The position numbers and the translations under genes are program-made. A stretch of 64,000 nt of DNA from Eledone cirrhosa (taxonomy: Eukaryota), in the NCBI GenBank assembly GCA_964016885.1, contig CAXHJY010000010.1:13214-77213 (forward strand), written 5' to 3'. Each line of letters starts with the position of its first letter. Position 1 is the stretch's first letter. Shown here in pieces: positions 28,487-41,932 of this stretch. The notes under the pieces are model-generated. The model was not told where the DNA came from. It did no database searches and worked only from the letters and a program-made list of their open reading frames with translations.

Positions 28487-30682
28487 AATAAATAACGACC
28501 GTTTCATCCTAACACAAGGCATAAAAACTTCAGAGTTATTACAAGAATTAAATACAAATATAAGATCTAAACATTGTTTCAGGAACATTTGGAGGATGCA
28601 TATTATGAGAAGTTAGATAAGAGAAGGCATTAATGTTTATACAAGCTAACCAAACAACTGAGGCGGAATACATGTGAAAAATAGGAGTAGATAACTAATC
28701 AGGAGTAGATAAAATGCAATAAAATAAAGTAAAATATAAATGGTTGCAGATAAATGAAAGTACAGTAAAAGTCCATATATAGTTGTGGACAAAATTGATG
28801 CTGAAAAGGTTGGTAATAGGAGACAGAGGAAACATGCATTTCAAAATAAAACTTAAGGATTTAAGCATTTAAAAAAGTTTAGATGCGAGTGTAGTATAAC
28901 GCAGGATTACAGACAGGTGCAAGATCTTCAATGGTTCAATTTAAGACCACACAATTCAGCCATAATAACGATTTTATAAACGTCCAAAAAAGTTAATTTG
29001 TGGGGAATAAATAAAAGAATCAAGCCTTCAAAGTGAAAAAAGTCAATATAAATAGAAGTACTATAAGTGAGGTAATTAGGACACATCACCTAAGGCATTA
29101 TACAGTTCGATTGAGGAGAACAATTCATATACTTTCATATACAAGCATATAACAACATAGAAATTAAAGATATTTTGAAGTCAATCCTTAAAAAATCCAG
29201 TTAAACCATTATAAAGGGGAGGTATTTCATGTACGAAATACTTGATATTAGAGAGTTAATAAGGAAAATTAATATATAAAAAAACAAAAACAAAACCCAA
29301 AAAATACTAATACGTAAAGATATATGAGGATTGAATTAGAAATTTCTAGGGCTAATGTTTGCAAAACTATAAAACTTTAAAAGTTTAAAACATTTACAAA
29401 TTACAGAGAAAGAAACTATCTATGTATACTTAAATGTTATGCATTATTAAAAAACAACAGGGCAGTGGATTGGCAGTATCGGTAGAGGGTCAGACGCCAT
29501 GCTTTGCAGCACAGAGTTACAGCCCTTTATAGTCCGTGTTCAAATCTCGCCTTGCGGGGTGGATAAAATAAAGCATCAGTAATACACTGGGATAATTGTT
29601 GGCCTTGTGCCAAAAGTAGAAACAATTATTTAAAAAAACTATTTATGTATACTTAAAATATTATGCATTATTGAAGGATTAAGAAATTTATAAATTAATT
29701 TTACTGGTATTGAATAGTTAATATTAATATATATATTGGGTGATGCGATGGTTGTTATAAAATTATTAGCGAAAAATAAGGATAAGAGAGGCTTATGAAA
29801 TAAGGTTTGGAAACAATGTATTATTAAAGTACCAAAATATGATATGGTGGTTATAATAAAATGTAGTGGTTATAAAAAATATTAGTCAAAGTATGAATCT
29901 GTGAAGGTAGGTGTGAAAACTGATTGACCATATATAGTAGTTAGATATATTATATGACTTTTAGATTTTAAAGGTGCATTTAAGTAATTATTATACAGTG
30001 ATACGAGTGGTTCTGCAAATAATAAGGCATAAAATATACATATGATATGTACTAGTTATTAAGTCTAAAATAGTGGAAAAAATAGAGATTTTTGTAAGGG
30101 CAAATGGAAAAGATTTCGAATTTTCTATTCAATAAATTTAGGTTAGAGTAACTAATGATATGAGACACAAGAAGGCAGAGGTTACACATTTTATTGGGAG
30201 TTTATAGGATGGGGTTTTGGCAATTGTTTTCCAAGTTAGTCTTAAATTGTACCATTATAACGACCAATATCTTGCATCGATCTAGAATCTAAACTTTTAA
30301 AAATCCTTAAATCGTTAAGTTTTATTTTGAAATGCATGTTTCTTCTGTCTCCTATTACCAACCTTCTCAGATCAATTTTGTTCACAACTATATATGGACT
30401 TTTATTGTAGTTCATTTATCTGAAACCTTTTGTATTTTACTTTATTTTTTCGCATTTTATCTACACCTGATTAGTTATCTACTTCTATTTTTCACATGTA
30501 TTCCGCCTCAGTTGTTTGGTTACCTTGTATAAATATTAATGCCTTCTCTTATCTAACCTCTCATAATATGTATGCTCCAAATGTTCCTGAAGCAATGTTT
30601 AGATCTTATATTTGTATTTAATTCTTGTAATATCTCTGAAGTTGTCTGTCTTGTGTTAGAATGAAACTGTCGTTAGTTATTA
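28487..30682 (-). mobile_element. 5'-truncated Penelope-like element with inverted pLTR
   Basis: GIY-YIG C-terminus at about 30085-30250 (TWKTIAKTPSYKTPNKMCNLCLL...LLNRKFEIFSICP). About 400-bp inverted repeats at 28487-28885 and 30285-30682, each ending in a degenerate HHR (CUGAAGU...GAAAC-NNNN-GUU). Confidence 0.8.
29461..29630 (+). mobile_element. tRNA-derived SINE nested in the PLE 3' UTR
   Basis: Same family as 8361 with an internal deletion. Confidence 0.88.
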
Positions 30683-31054
30683 ATATACATATATAATTGT
30701 ACATATATATATGTACATATATATACATATATATATACATATATATATACATATATATATATTCATATATTATTACATAAATATATATATATATACATAT
30801 GTATACATATATACACACACACACACACATATATATATTCATATATACACATATACATATATATATACACACACATATATATATGCATATATATATACAT
30901 ATATATATATGTATACATATGTATACATGAATATATATATATATATGCATATATATATATACATATATATATATGTATATAAAGATATATATATATACAT
31001 ATATATATACATATATATGTATGTGTATATATACATATATATGTATATGTGTAT

Positions 31055-31126
<72 letters not shown>

Positions 31127-31145
31127 AATATATATATATATATAC

Positions 31146-31240
<95 letters not shown>

Positions 31241-31242
<2 letters not shown>

Positions 31243-32156
31243 ATATTGAGAAACACACAGATACATGCGGACACATACATATACATGGATATATCCACTT
31301 CCATCCTTGAGTTAATGGTGCCAACCTTAACCGATGTTGCTCTATGAATAACTGGGACAAACCAATCCGAATGGATTAGACTGAACCAGTATCAGAGCTA
31401 AAAGTACATTATGAAGAGAGAAGAAACATTTAGATATAATTAGTAATAAGATGTATCATACCTAAACTGCTTCTAGATTCCTCGACTACGTAGTTTCGTG
31501 GCATAATCAAAAACAATACATCATAGAGATATAGAGCTTTTGTGAGGTCTTCCGACTTATCAAGAGGATACCTCATTTTACTAGCTTCAAGAACACGTCT
31601 ATAAGATGTGAGATAGAATCCCAAAAGGCGGAGGGGGAGTCAGTCACGTGATACAACGGTCAAGAAACAGAGCTAAGCCCCTTATAACCCTGAAAAAAAT
31701 ACCACGGAGGCGGAGGGGGTATTTATATCGAGGCCGTAGAAGAGGTGGTTAAGGGGGCGAGAAGTATGAGTAATGGCAGCTTTCCAGCAGTCACTACACT
31801 TCAAAGATTACTCGACCAGGGGGAGTTATAAACAATATATTTAGAAACACACAGATACATGCGGACACACACATATACATGAATATATCCACATCCATCC
31901 TTGAGTTAATGGTGCCTACCTTAACCGATGTTGCTCTATGAATAACTGGGACAAACCAATCCGAATGGATTAGACTGAACCAGTATCAGAGCTAAAAGTA
32001 CATTATGAAGAGAGAAGAAACATTTAGATATAATTAGTAATAAGATGTATCATACCTAAACTGCTTCTAGATTCCTCGACTACGTAGAAGCAGTTTAGGT
32101 ATGATACATCTTATTACTAATTATATCTAAATGTTTCTTCTCTCTTCATAATGTAC

Positions 32157-32158
<2 letters not shown>
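31241..32158 (-). repeat. Partial tandem repeat (about 595-bp period) with terminal fold-back
   Basis: 31250-31493 is repeated at about 31844-32087; 32085-32158 is the reverse complement of about 31997-32069; flanked by (TA)n. Confidence 0.88.
31479..31568 (-). ncRNA. Degenerate type I hammerhead motif
   Basis: UCCUC-uUGAUaA-long stem II-GAAAC-UACGUA-GUC-GAGGA; palindromic ACUACGUAGU stem III; two core mismatches. Confidence 0.62.
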
Positions 32159-32254
<96 letters not shown>

Positions 32255-32370
32255 AGTTGAAATAAAATGAAAACGAAATTTCATTTCTCACTCTTAGTAC
32301 GGCACTTACTTAAATGTAAGTATGTGTGTATACGTACATACATATATGTATACAGACGTACAGTAACATG

Positions 32371-32478
<108 letters not shown>

Positions 32479-32636
32479 TACATACAGGTACACATACATA
32501 TATGCACGTATCAGTTTAGCGGACGCTTATTATAACGCCGCTTTGTTCGTTTGTAAACAAACTGAACAGCCTGAATTTTTATGCCGTACGGTGTTAAGGC
32601 AACCACGTCACCTTTTTGTTCAACACTGACACAGGA

Positions 32637-32679
32637 ACGATGTACTAGTTTCAAGCTTGTTAGCTATCATCAGCACCGT
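32637..32679 (-). ncRNA. Type I hammerhead ribozyme
   Basis: ACGGUG-CUGAUGA-uAGCU-aaca-AGCUu-GAAA-CUAG-UA-CAUCGU; palindromic ACUAGU stem III, GUA triplet. Confidence 0.85.
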
Positions 32680-32915
32680 ATACCCATCTGCCAGATAGTT
32701 GAACGTTCGAAAGTATATACTTTCCTTATGAAAATTAACGGCTGAGCAGCCTAATTTGCATATCGAGTGAGCTAAGTCGGTCAGGCATACCGAAAACGAT
32801 AAGTTGAAATAAAATGAAAACGAAATTTCATTTCTCACTCTTAGTACGACACTTACTTAAATGTAAGTATGTGTGTATACGTACATACATATATGTATAC
32901 AGACGTACAGTAGCA

Positions 32916-32957
<42 letters not shown>

Positions 32958-33218
32958 CAGGTACACATACATATATGAACGTATCAGTTTAGCGGACGCT
33001 TACACACATATATGTACGTATACACACATACTTACATTTAAGTAAGTGCCGTACTAAGAGTGAGAAATGAAATTTCGTTTTCATTTTATTTCAACTTATC
33101 GTTTTCGGTATGCCTGACCGACTTAGCTCACTCGATATGCAAATTAGGCTGCTCAGCCGTTAATTTTCATAAGGAAAGTATATACTTTCGAACGTTCAAC
33201 TATCTGGCAGATGGGTAT

Positions 33219-33261
33219 ACGGTGCTGATGATAGCTAACAAGCTTGAAACTAGTACATCGT
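33219..33261 (+). ncRNA. Type I hammerhead ribozyme (identical to 32637)
   Basis: acggtgctgatgatagctaacaagcttgaaactagtacatcgt. Confidence 0.85.
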
Positions 33262-33410
33262 TCCTGTGTCAGTGTTGAACAAAAAGGTGACGTGGTTGCC
33301 TTAACACCGTACGGCATAAAAATTCAGGCTGTTCAGTTTGTTTACAAACGAACAAAGCGGCGCTATAATAAGCGTCCGCTAAACTGATACGTGCATATGT
33401 GTATGTGTAC

Positions 33411-33471
<61 letters not shown>

Positions 33472-33525
33472 TGCTACTGTACGTCTGTATACATATATGT
33501 ATGTACGTATACACACATACTTACA

Positions 33526-33624
33526 TATATATCATAACTCGTGTGTTACACCTCTATTCTTTTAAATATATATATATATATATATTTAAAAGAATAGAGG
33601 TGTAACACACGAGTTATGATATAT
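33526..33624. repeat. Perfect palindrome centred on (TA)n
   Basis: atcataactcgtgtgttacacctctattctttta-(TA)n-taaaagaatagaggtgtaacacacgagttatgat. Confidence 0.9.
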
Positions 33625-33849
33625 TGGTAAAAGGAAAAGAAAATGCTGACAAATTGTTCCCAGTGAAAAATAGTTTAATTAGGAATAAGTAAAAATTAGT
33701 AATAGTATTGGTTAGTATTCAGTTTTGGTTTTAAGTTTTACCGGTTGCGCATTCTAATGCTTTTCAAAAATAATTTTGAGATAGAGCGCCCGTAATGTTT
33801 GCTCTAATTAGATTAGAGCAAACATCACGCTTATGGTTGTAGGTGTATA

Positions 33850-33896
<47 letters not shown>

Positions 33897-34174
33897 GCGT
33901 GTGTGTGTGTATGTATGAATATATATATGTGTGTATGTGTGTATACACGTGTGTCTATGTATGTGTATATGTACGTGTGTATCTATGTATGTATGAATGT
34001 ATTAATGTATATATGTGTGTATATATGTACGTATGTTTATGTGTATGTGTGTGAGTATAAGTATATGTGTGGGTAGATGTTTATATATGTATGTGTATAT
34101 ATATATCGAGGGATAACTTGAACCGTTAAGGTATATTCTCCTTGGTTATGTCAAAATTTATGAAACACACTTCA

Positions 34175-34236
34175 TATTTCATCTGATGATACCGTACCAA
34201 AATATTTGGTACTCTTGAAATATATATAATAGAATA
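34175..34236 (+). ncRNA. Type I hammerhead motif with (UA)n stem III
   Basis: UAUUUCAU-CUGAUGA-...GUACCAAA/UUUGGUAC...-GAAA-UAUAUA-UA-AUAGAAUA; imperfect stems. Confidence 0.65.
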
Positions 34237-34429
34237 AATATGGTTTTATAAATATAGTTTCCATTTATTTAATATCATTGTATATATATATATATATTTT
34301 TATTATTTTCCCCCATTACATTACGTTCTATTTTTCCCGTTATTTTATGTTATATTATATATCAGCCTCGCTTTCAATTGTATTAGCTTTTGTTTTTAAA
34401 TTCATATCTTACATCCATATCAAATAAAA

Positions 34430-34502
34430 TTTCGTTCTGATGAGCGATTTAAGACGTCTGTGTCGAGCTCGTCTGTCTTCGTGAAACCTTTGGTAAATGG
34501 AA
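34430..34502 (+). ncRNA. Type I hammerhead ribozyme
   Basis: UUCGUU-CUGAUGA-GCGA...UCGU-GAAACC-UUU-GGUA-AAUGGA: intact core, 3-bp stem III, GUA triplet. Confidence 0.75.
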
Positions 34503-34721
34503 TAATTGTCTTGTGTTGTTTACATGACTATACATATATATATATATATGTGTGTGTAAAGTAAATGTGACTTCAAAGTTTCGCTGGTAACGGCTCGTCA
34601 AACTGTCTAATGATTCATTACTCACAAAATTTCGAAGTCACGTTGTTTATTACATAACTAAATAGCTGTATAGCTTACATAGAGCACTCTCATTTCCGTT
34701 ACTCTTCCTACGGAATCACTT

Positions 34722-34753
<32 letters not shown>

Positions 34754-34811
34754 AAATATATATATATATAAAATATATATATATATAAAATATATATATA
34801 TATATATATAT

Positions 34812-34935
<124 letters not shown>

Positions 34936-34961
34936 TATATATATAAAATATATATATATAT

Positions 34962-35008
<47 letters not shown>

Positions 35009-35017
35009 TATATATAT

Positions 35018-35086
<69 letters not shown>

Positions 35087-35089
<3 letters not shown>

Positions 35090-35741
35090 CCCCTTAAATG
35101 GCAACTGTTTGATTAATAATATAATATATAAATGCACTGTGTCTACTACAGACTCCAAAAAAATATATATAGGATCTACATCAAACACATTTAAGAAAAG
35201 ATTTTACGCACTCTCTAGTAGTTTTAACAATACTAAACTAGCTAACACCACATCTTTAGCTGAAGCTGTAAATAATTATAAAAAGAATAAAATAGATTTC
35301 AAGCTATCGTGGAACACCATTCTACAAAGAACTCCATATCTTGGGAACAGGAGGGAATGCAGATTATGTTCAGGGGAGATCTTGGAAATTACTAAATCTA
35401 AGGACGATTTATTAAATAAAAGACAGGAACTGATTATAGTTTGTAATCACCGTATACGAAGAACATTTATATACTATAAACCTAATTAAATATTCTAAAT
35501 AGCAACTCACTATAATTCTATGTAGTGTAACATTTGTTAGTACCTCTTTCCTCTAAGTATACGCAATCATGCTTATCTTTTACCTTTTAATGTTTTAGCT
35601 TCCTTAGGTTTATGCGTTAATGACTAAAGGCAACAAGGTACACAACCACCCGTAATTGCATGAGTAGATATATATATATAGCTATGTATGTATGATATGG
35701 GAATATATTTGTGCATATGTATATGTATATGTATATATATA

Positions 35742-35808
<67 letters not shown>

Positions 35809-35910
35809 CTGTATGTGTGTATATATATGTGTGTTTGTGTGTGTGTATATGTGAGTATATGTGTATGAGTGATTATATATGAGTGTGTGTACATGTAGGA
35901 GTGTGTGCAT

Positions 35911-35978
<68 letters not shown>

Positions 35979-36840
35979 GTATAGGTGTGTATGTGTAAAT
36001 ATAGATATGTATAAATATATGGGTATATGATTATGTGTATATGTTTAAATGAGTATTTATGTTTGCATCTATTTGTGCGTATGTATATTTTTAGTTGGGT
36101 ATCAATATAACTGTACCTCTCTATATATAGTGTGGATATATGCACTTTGTGATGTATGAAATTTATGTGTTTTGACTATGTCAACATGTATTTATATGAG
36201 TTTGATTATTTATACATAAACATACTTGATAGTATTTTAGAACGTATCATACGCTGTATTGTACTAAGTGCAATTTACTACACCGTACTATATATTGTGT
36301 TGGTTATATTATATTATTGCAATACTGTATTTCATTATCTTATTATAATTTTTATCTTTTAATATACTATATTTCCTAGCCATGACCTTATTTATATCCA
36401 CCTAAAAACTCCATACAACACAAATCATCATTTATTTTTACATTCCTTTTAAACTTCACTATACCAGATACATTCAACTATCAATTTGACAATTCCTTTC
36501 CTCCTAATAGATTTGTTATGGCAAATCTATTATTAACACCATTCAACCATTCCTTTCAAAGGGTCATGACCTCAACTAAAGTGAATTACTTTTCATCTTA
36601 ACATCATATGAACAAAAACAATTTGATTGGTTAGTTCTTCAACCATCCCCAAATAAGGACATGATACTAACATACTACTAATTCTGAATAAAATTATTAT
36701 TGCTTTTGAAAACAGCTGGTGATATGCATGTAAGTAAATATTCTCTTTATCTGATGTTCTGTAACTAACCTTACATAGATCAATAACGAAGTATAGCTAC
36801 AATGTATTATCATCTACTAGAAACGATCGTAAAACGATAT
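35087..36840 (+). mobile_element. Penelope-like element 3' part: GIY-YIG domain (35087-35489) plus putative 3' UTR
   Basis: CPLNGNCLINNIIYKCTV...KIYIGST...FKKRF...LSW...PY...CRLCSGE...LLNKRQEL...CNH. Starts directly after (TA)n; degenerate HHR end GAAAC-GAUC-GUA near 36820. Confidence 0.88.
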
Positions 36841-37038
36841 ATATATAAATGGAAAAAATGAAATTTCATTTCTCACTCTTAGCACGGCTGATACTTAAAT
36901 ATAAGTATGTTTCCACTTATCGTTTTCGGTACGCCCGGCCGACTAACCAACTCGATATGCAAATTAGGCTGCTCAGCCGTTAATATGCATAAGGAAAGTA
37001 TATACTTTCAAACGTTCAATCGACTGACAGGAAGGGAT

Positions 37039-37081
37039 ACGGTGCTGATGACAGCTAATAAGATAGAAACTAGTTCATCGT
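37039..37081 (+). ncRNA. Type I hammerhead motif (diverged copy of the 33219 family)
   Basis: ACGGUG-CUGAUGA-cagcuaauaagaua-GAAA-CUAG-UU-CAUCGU; stem II decayed. Confidence 0.7.
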
Positions 37082-37522
37082 TCCTTTGTCAGTGTTGAAA
37101 AAAAGGGCAACGACGGTTGCCGAACATTGTACGGCTTAATTCGGGCTGTTTGTTTACAAACAAACCGAACATTATAATAAATGTTCGATAAACCCATACG
37201 CACATATATATATATATATATACAGTATATGTGTGCATGTATGTATGTATATACATACTACTGTACGTCTGTATACATATATGTATGTACATATACATAC
37301 TTATATATATATATATATATATATATATACAAGTAAATATGATTTGATACAGCGAGCGAGTTTGAAATTAGAATCGGAAAAAGATGAGTATTGACGTCAA
37401 TACTCATCTTTTTCGATTTCTTAGAGGGTCCTAAGCCCCACTGAGAGGCTAAAACTTCTTTAGTAAAAAATACAGCAAAATCTTCTGTTTCTTATATATG
37501 TAACCAACCAATACATACTCAA

Positions 37523-37643
<121 letters not shown>

Positions 37644-38129
37644 AATATTGTTATATTTTGGGAGGGTCATATTGTCATGATATTGGCAAAAATAATTATA
37701 AAACAGATTCACTGTTTGGTTTGGATTGGATTTCGCTTCTGTACCTTTTATATATTCATGGTTAATTTATCTGGCAATCAATTTTTATCACTGATTGACC
37801 AACGATTAAAATATAGATATAAATATATATATATATATAGTCTATCAAAGTTCTTTCATCACACACCTGTGATGCCGTCACTGGTTCTATTCTGTTTCCT
37901 CCTGTCGTATTGTAATGTCTACGCCATTTTTATTTTATTTATTTATTTATTCCTGTCTCTGGCTCTGCTTGCGCATGCGTTTGCGTGTGTGTTTTCTGTT
38001 TGGTGTATGAGTGTGTGTTTGTATTCTATCTTTGTTCACCAGTGCGTGTTTATGTGTGGTTGTTGTTATTGTACTTGTGTATATTTATTTATTTATTTAT
38101 TTATATTTACCTTAGGTCAGTATTATGTG

Positions 38130-39600
38130 TTTGTGTATGTTTGTTGTTATTCCATTCATTTTTTCTGTTCAACTTTGGTCTTCTTAGTTCTATCTCAGTT
38201 ACTTCTCTGATTTGTCTACCTGTTGAGTCATTTCTATGTTTAGATATTATTTTAATTTCTATGTTGTCTATATTACCATCATGTCTTTGTCTGGCGTGTT
38301 CATATAGTACCGAACCGTCTTGTTGTCCTTTTAGTTCCCTTCAATGTTGGTCTATTTTCTCTCTTATGCTTCGAGCTGTCTCTCCTATGTATGTCGTTGT
38401 CATGTTTCTGCAAGTACCTTCTGTACATCTTATGCTATAGACTACATTTCTAGTTTTACAATTCATTTGAGGATTTATTCTACATATAACACATTTCTTA
38501 TTCGTACAGTGGGGTTTCTTAAAGGGTATGCTTTGCTGATCAGGGATTTTATGGTAGTTCCTGGCTTTTCAATCACTTTAATCTTTAAATGGGTCTTTCT
38601 TAGGGTCTTTCTAAATTGGCTAGCTAATTTCCTTCCAGGGATTGCATCCACGAACATGACACTCTGGTATCTCTCGTTATCGTACCATTAAATGGCTTTC
38701 CTTATCTTATGTTATTCCATGATTTGCTCCTGTATAATGGGCAAATTCCTTTCATGTCCATTTCTATGAGGGTCTTATATTTCTCCGTGGCTTCTTTGTA
38801 TACTCTGATTCTGTCTATTTGGTTGTAGCCAGAGAACTGCATGCGATTGATGAAGTATTGGATGTCTCTTTCCATTTCAGTTGCATCGCACATGCGGGAC
38901 ACCTTCTTCATCATTCTTACCAAGTCTGCGATCAGAATACTAAACTTAGCACTATTGGACATTGCTGAGTTTTTTAGTATAAGGTATTTGGAGGCTATGG
39001 GTTTAGCATAATGTGAGTGGAGAATTTGGGCCCTCTCGTTTATAATGTTTAACCAGAGTTCAGTGTCTAATACTGGTAGTCTATTGTTAGGGTGTTTGGA
39101 AGGGTAGTTAATAGTTACTGTGATGCTCTGGTGTATGGAGTTAGCTATCTGTTGGATGCTCTCCATTGTGCTATATTCTAGTTCAGGTTTATTGGTACTC
39201 TCTTGTGGAGGTGTTCTTATTACTATATTGATGTCGTCTATGTAACGAGAGTACATGACTATGGAGTTGTCTTCTAGAAGTTCTCTGAGTCTCCTTTCCC
39301 AACCTACCATAAATAGTTTGGCAACATCTCCAGCTATGCCGACGCCAATGGCTGCTCCCTCATTCTAGGTGTAGATTTTTTCATTAAATTTAAACATGTG
39401 GCACATTTGGGTAGTTTTAATACTCGCCCCTACTGCATGTGCGACCATTTTTCTCACCTGATCGTTGTTCTTGAGTGTCCGTATGGCTTTGGTCCATCCA
39501 TTCCATCTTCCTATGGGAGTCTTTTTAACCATTGAAGTTATGGTGGGGGGGGGGGGGGGTCTACCTCTTATTTGCCTACTAGAAACGGCTGAGGTCATAA
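38130..39600 (-). mobile_element. Penelope-like element (Neptune-like): RT, Cys-rich linker, C-terminal GIY-YIG; pseudogenised
   Basis: GAAIG...YSRYIDDI...LPVLDTELW...HYAKP; linker CTNKKCVIC...CKTRNVVYSIRC...TYIGETARS...LNRKNEW; frameshifts and stops. Confidence 0.92.
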
Positions 39601-39664
39601 TTATATAAGTAGATATGTTTTAATATGCAGGCTCGCGTTTCAGACGCCAGCCTGCATATTAAAA

Positions 39665-39753
39665 CATATCCGAGGAGCTTTCGATTCCAGAGTCAGGTTC
39701 GATTATTAATAGATCGTTCCTCGAGCTGATCGACAGTGAAACATATGTATATG
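39665..39753 (+). ncRNA. Degenerate hammerhead motif
   Basis: CAUAU-CcGAGGA-GCUUUCGAU...AUCGACAGU-GAAAC-AUAU-GUA-UAUG; palindromic ACAUAUGU stem III. Confidence 0.5.
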
Positions 39754-40134
39754 ATGCAGCACTGATTCTTTGTTCCTTTATATATTAATACTTAAGCCGT
39801 ACAGTGTTTAGCAACCATCGTTGCCCTTTTGTTCAACACTGACAAAGGAAGGATGGTTGCTAAAACTGTACGGCTTAATTCGGGATGTTTGTTTACAAAC
39901 AAACCGAGCATTATAATAAATGTTCGGTAGATCCATACGTACATATATGTATGTGTGCATATATGTATATGTATACATACTACTGTACGTCTGTATACAT
40001 ATATGTATGTACGTATACATACTTATATTTAAGTAACAGCCGTACTAAGAGTGAGAAATGAAATTTCGTTTCATCTTTTCCATAGATATATATATATATA
40101 TATATACATACATATATACATGCACACACACACA

Positions 40135-40220
<86 letters not shown>

Positions 40221-40444
40221 TTTGTGCGTGTATGTGTACGTGTGTGATCTAATTGGGAAAATATTTATGTATATTCAAACAAACGTTTGTATGGATGTGA
40301 TTTTACTAAAAGAAAAGTTTCAATGTCTTTTCAGTGGTTCGATTACCCGTGATGAATATTTCATTAATAACTTGCGAAATTTCCTCTTAAAATAAAGGAA
40401 GCATTATAATTACATTTTAGGAGTTCATATAAATGTTTGATTGT

Positions 40445-40450
40445 TTTATT
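40445..40450 (-). terminator. Candidate polyadenylation signal of the VWA gene
   Basis: AATAAA about 40 nt downstream of the stop; such hexamers are common by chance in AT-rich DNA. Confidence 0.35.
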
Positions 40451-40489
40451 TTCTTTTTCTCTGTAAATATTTCTTTTGTTGTTAACTGT

Positions 40490-41085
40490 TTAACTTAATT
40501 GTGACCTTTTAGGAATTAATTTAGAGATTTCCTTCGGGAATTTGTAGTTGCACATGTATTTGAAAATATGAGGCTCGGAGTTTGCTAAGCGCACCATTTC
40601 ATTATAATTTTTCATGTGGTATGTATAGTAACTAGAGGGTTGAGTGCTGAGAAAGTAGAAATCACGGGCATTAGTAAAGTTACTAGATCCGATGTTAATC
40701 ACAAACAGTCTAGTGCCTACTTCTTTGAGCTTTCTTGTTTCTTCAAGTAAGCTATCTGTAATATTCATCGAATCTGAATCCACGAACAATACCGCTGTCG
40801 GAGTTCCAGATCGTTCTTGATGTATCCCGCGTGTGTAGATAATGTTTCTCATTTTCCTTACAATATCACTGAGATTTGGTAAAAGTTCATGTTGATGTAG
40901 AAGCTTACTAGAATTTGACGACAGCGACGTGAGTGGGATATTAATGCCGTCTGGGCAATAAGGGAAATTTGTAACACCAAAGGACTGGTAGTTCATATAT
41001 GGTAATAATGTCCTTAGAAATGTCGCGATCTTCACATTACGGCGATAACCCATAGACATCATGTCGTAACCAAACAGAATGACAC
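40490..41085 (-). CDS. Terminal exon of the VWA gene: degenerate VWA-like domain
   Basis: Acceptor atttctcttttaaag|GT, phase 1. VILFGYD...TAVLFVD...ETRKLKEVGTRLFVINIG resembles VWA strands and helices but lacks DxSxS. Stop at 40490. Confidence 0.82.
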
Positions 41086-41893
41086 CTTTAAAAGAGAAAT
41101 AATCGACCGTAATATTAACAAACATATTTTTGTATATGATATTTGACTACATATAAAAACGGAAAGAGTAATTGGAGTAATTTTACGATTCGGTCAATAC
41201 CTATCAAATTTTGTCGAAAACAAAGTCCAGGCAAAGAGATTTTTGTGTGACGTTCGTGTCTTTCTTAATGGCTCTAGCTATATAATTGAAGCATAATAAG
41301 TATAAGAGAAAAAGAATCGAGAAGATGTGACGTTATGCCTTCTCCTAAGACAGTGTCTTCAGCGAGAGTGAAATTTCTTTAATTACGAATTGTACCTTCC
41401 TCTGTGGAACTTACACATCAGTCATCATCATTTTTCTTGATGAGGCACCTCAGAATTATACGGGTAATGAAATCAAAACTTTCTGAAGTTCAAGTTCATA
41501 CCCCCCCCCCCCCCCCCTCTCTCTCTCTCTCTCTGTAATTCACACAAGATGAGAGAATCGAGGTTAACATCTAATTATGGGCAACAATATATTTTCAATA
41601 AGGCAAGGTGATGTTGCCCGAGACAATTTCCAAAGCTCATTTGTCAGGATAAAGTTTCAGCGAGGAGAGTATTATCAGAGTATTATCGCTTAATTCCGTG
41701 ATACACTACGAAATATCTGACTAGACTTTTATTTTAAATGCACTGGAATAATTGCTGGCCTTGTGCCAAAAGTAAAAATTATTATTATTTTAGTCGTTAT
41801 TTTTATAGTCATCGCTGTTAAATCAAATTAAAAGGACTCTGAGAATAAAGAAATACGGTCATTTGCTTTCATAAGAAGTGGTACGATGCTTAC

Positions 41894-41932
41894 TTGCCTC
41901 GTCCTTCGGTAATAGTTCTGGTTTCCCTTTTG
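41894..41932 (-). CDS. 39-bp exon of the VWA gene
   Basis: Acceptor cttttctctttcag| and donor GCAA|gtaagc; phase 1-1; encodes AKGKPELLPKDEA in frame with both neighbours. Confidence 0.72.

Noticed and set aside
32620-33278. Identical 72-aa ORFs on opposite strands
   Set aside because: A by-product of the inverted repeat; GTG start and no protein motif.
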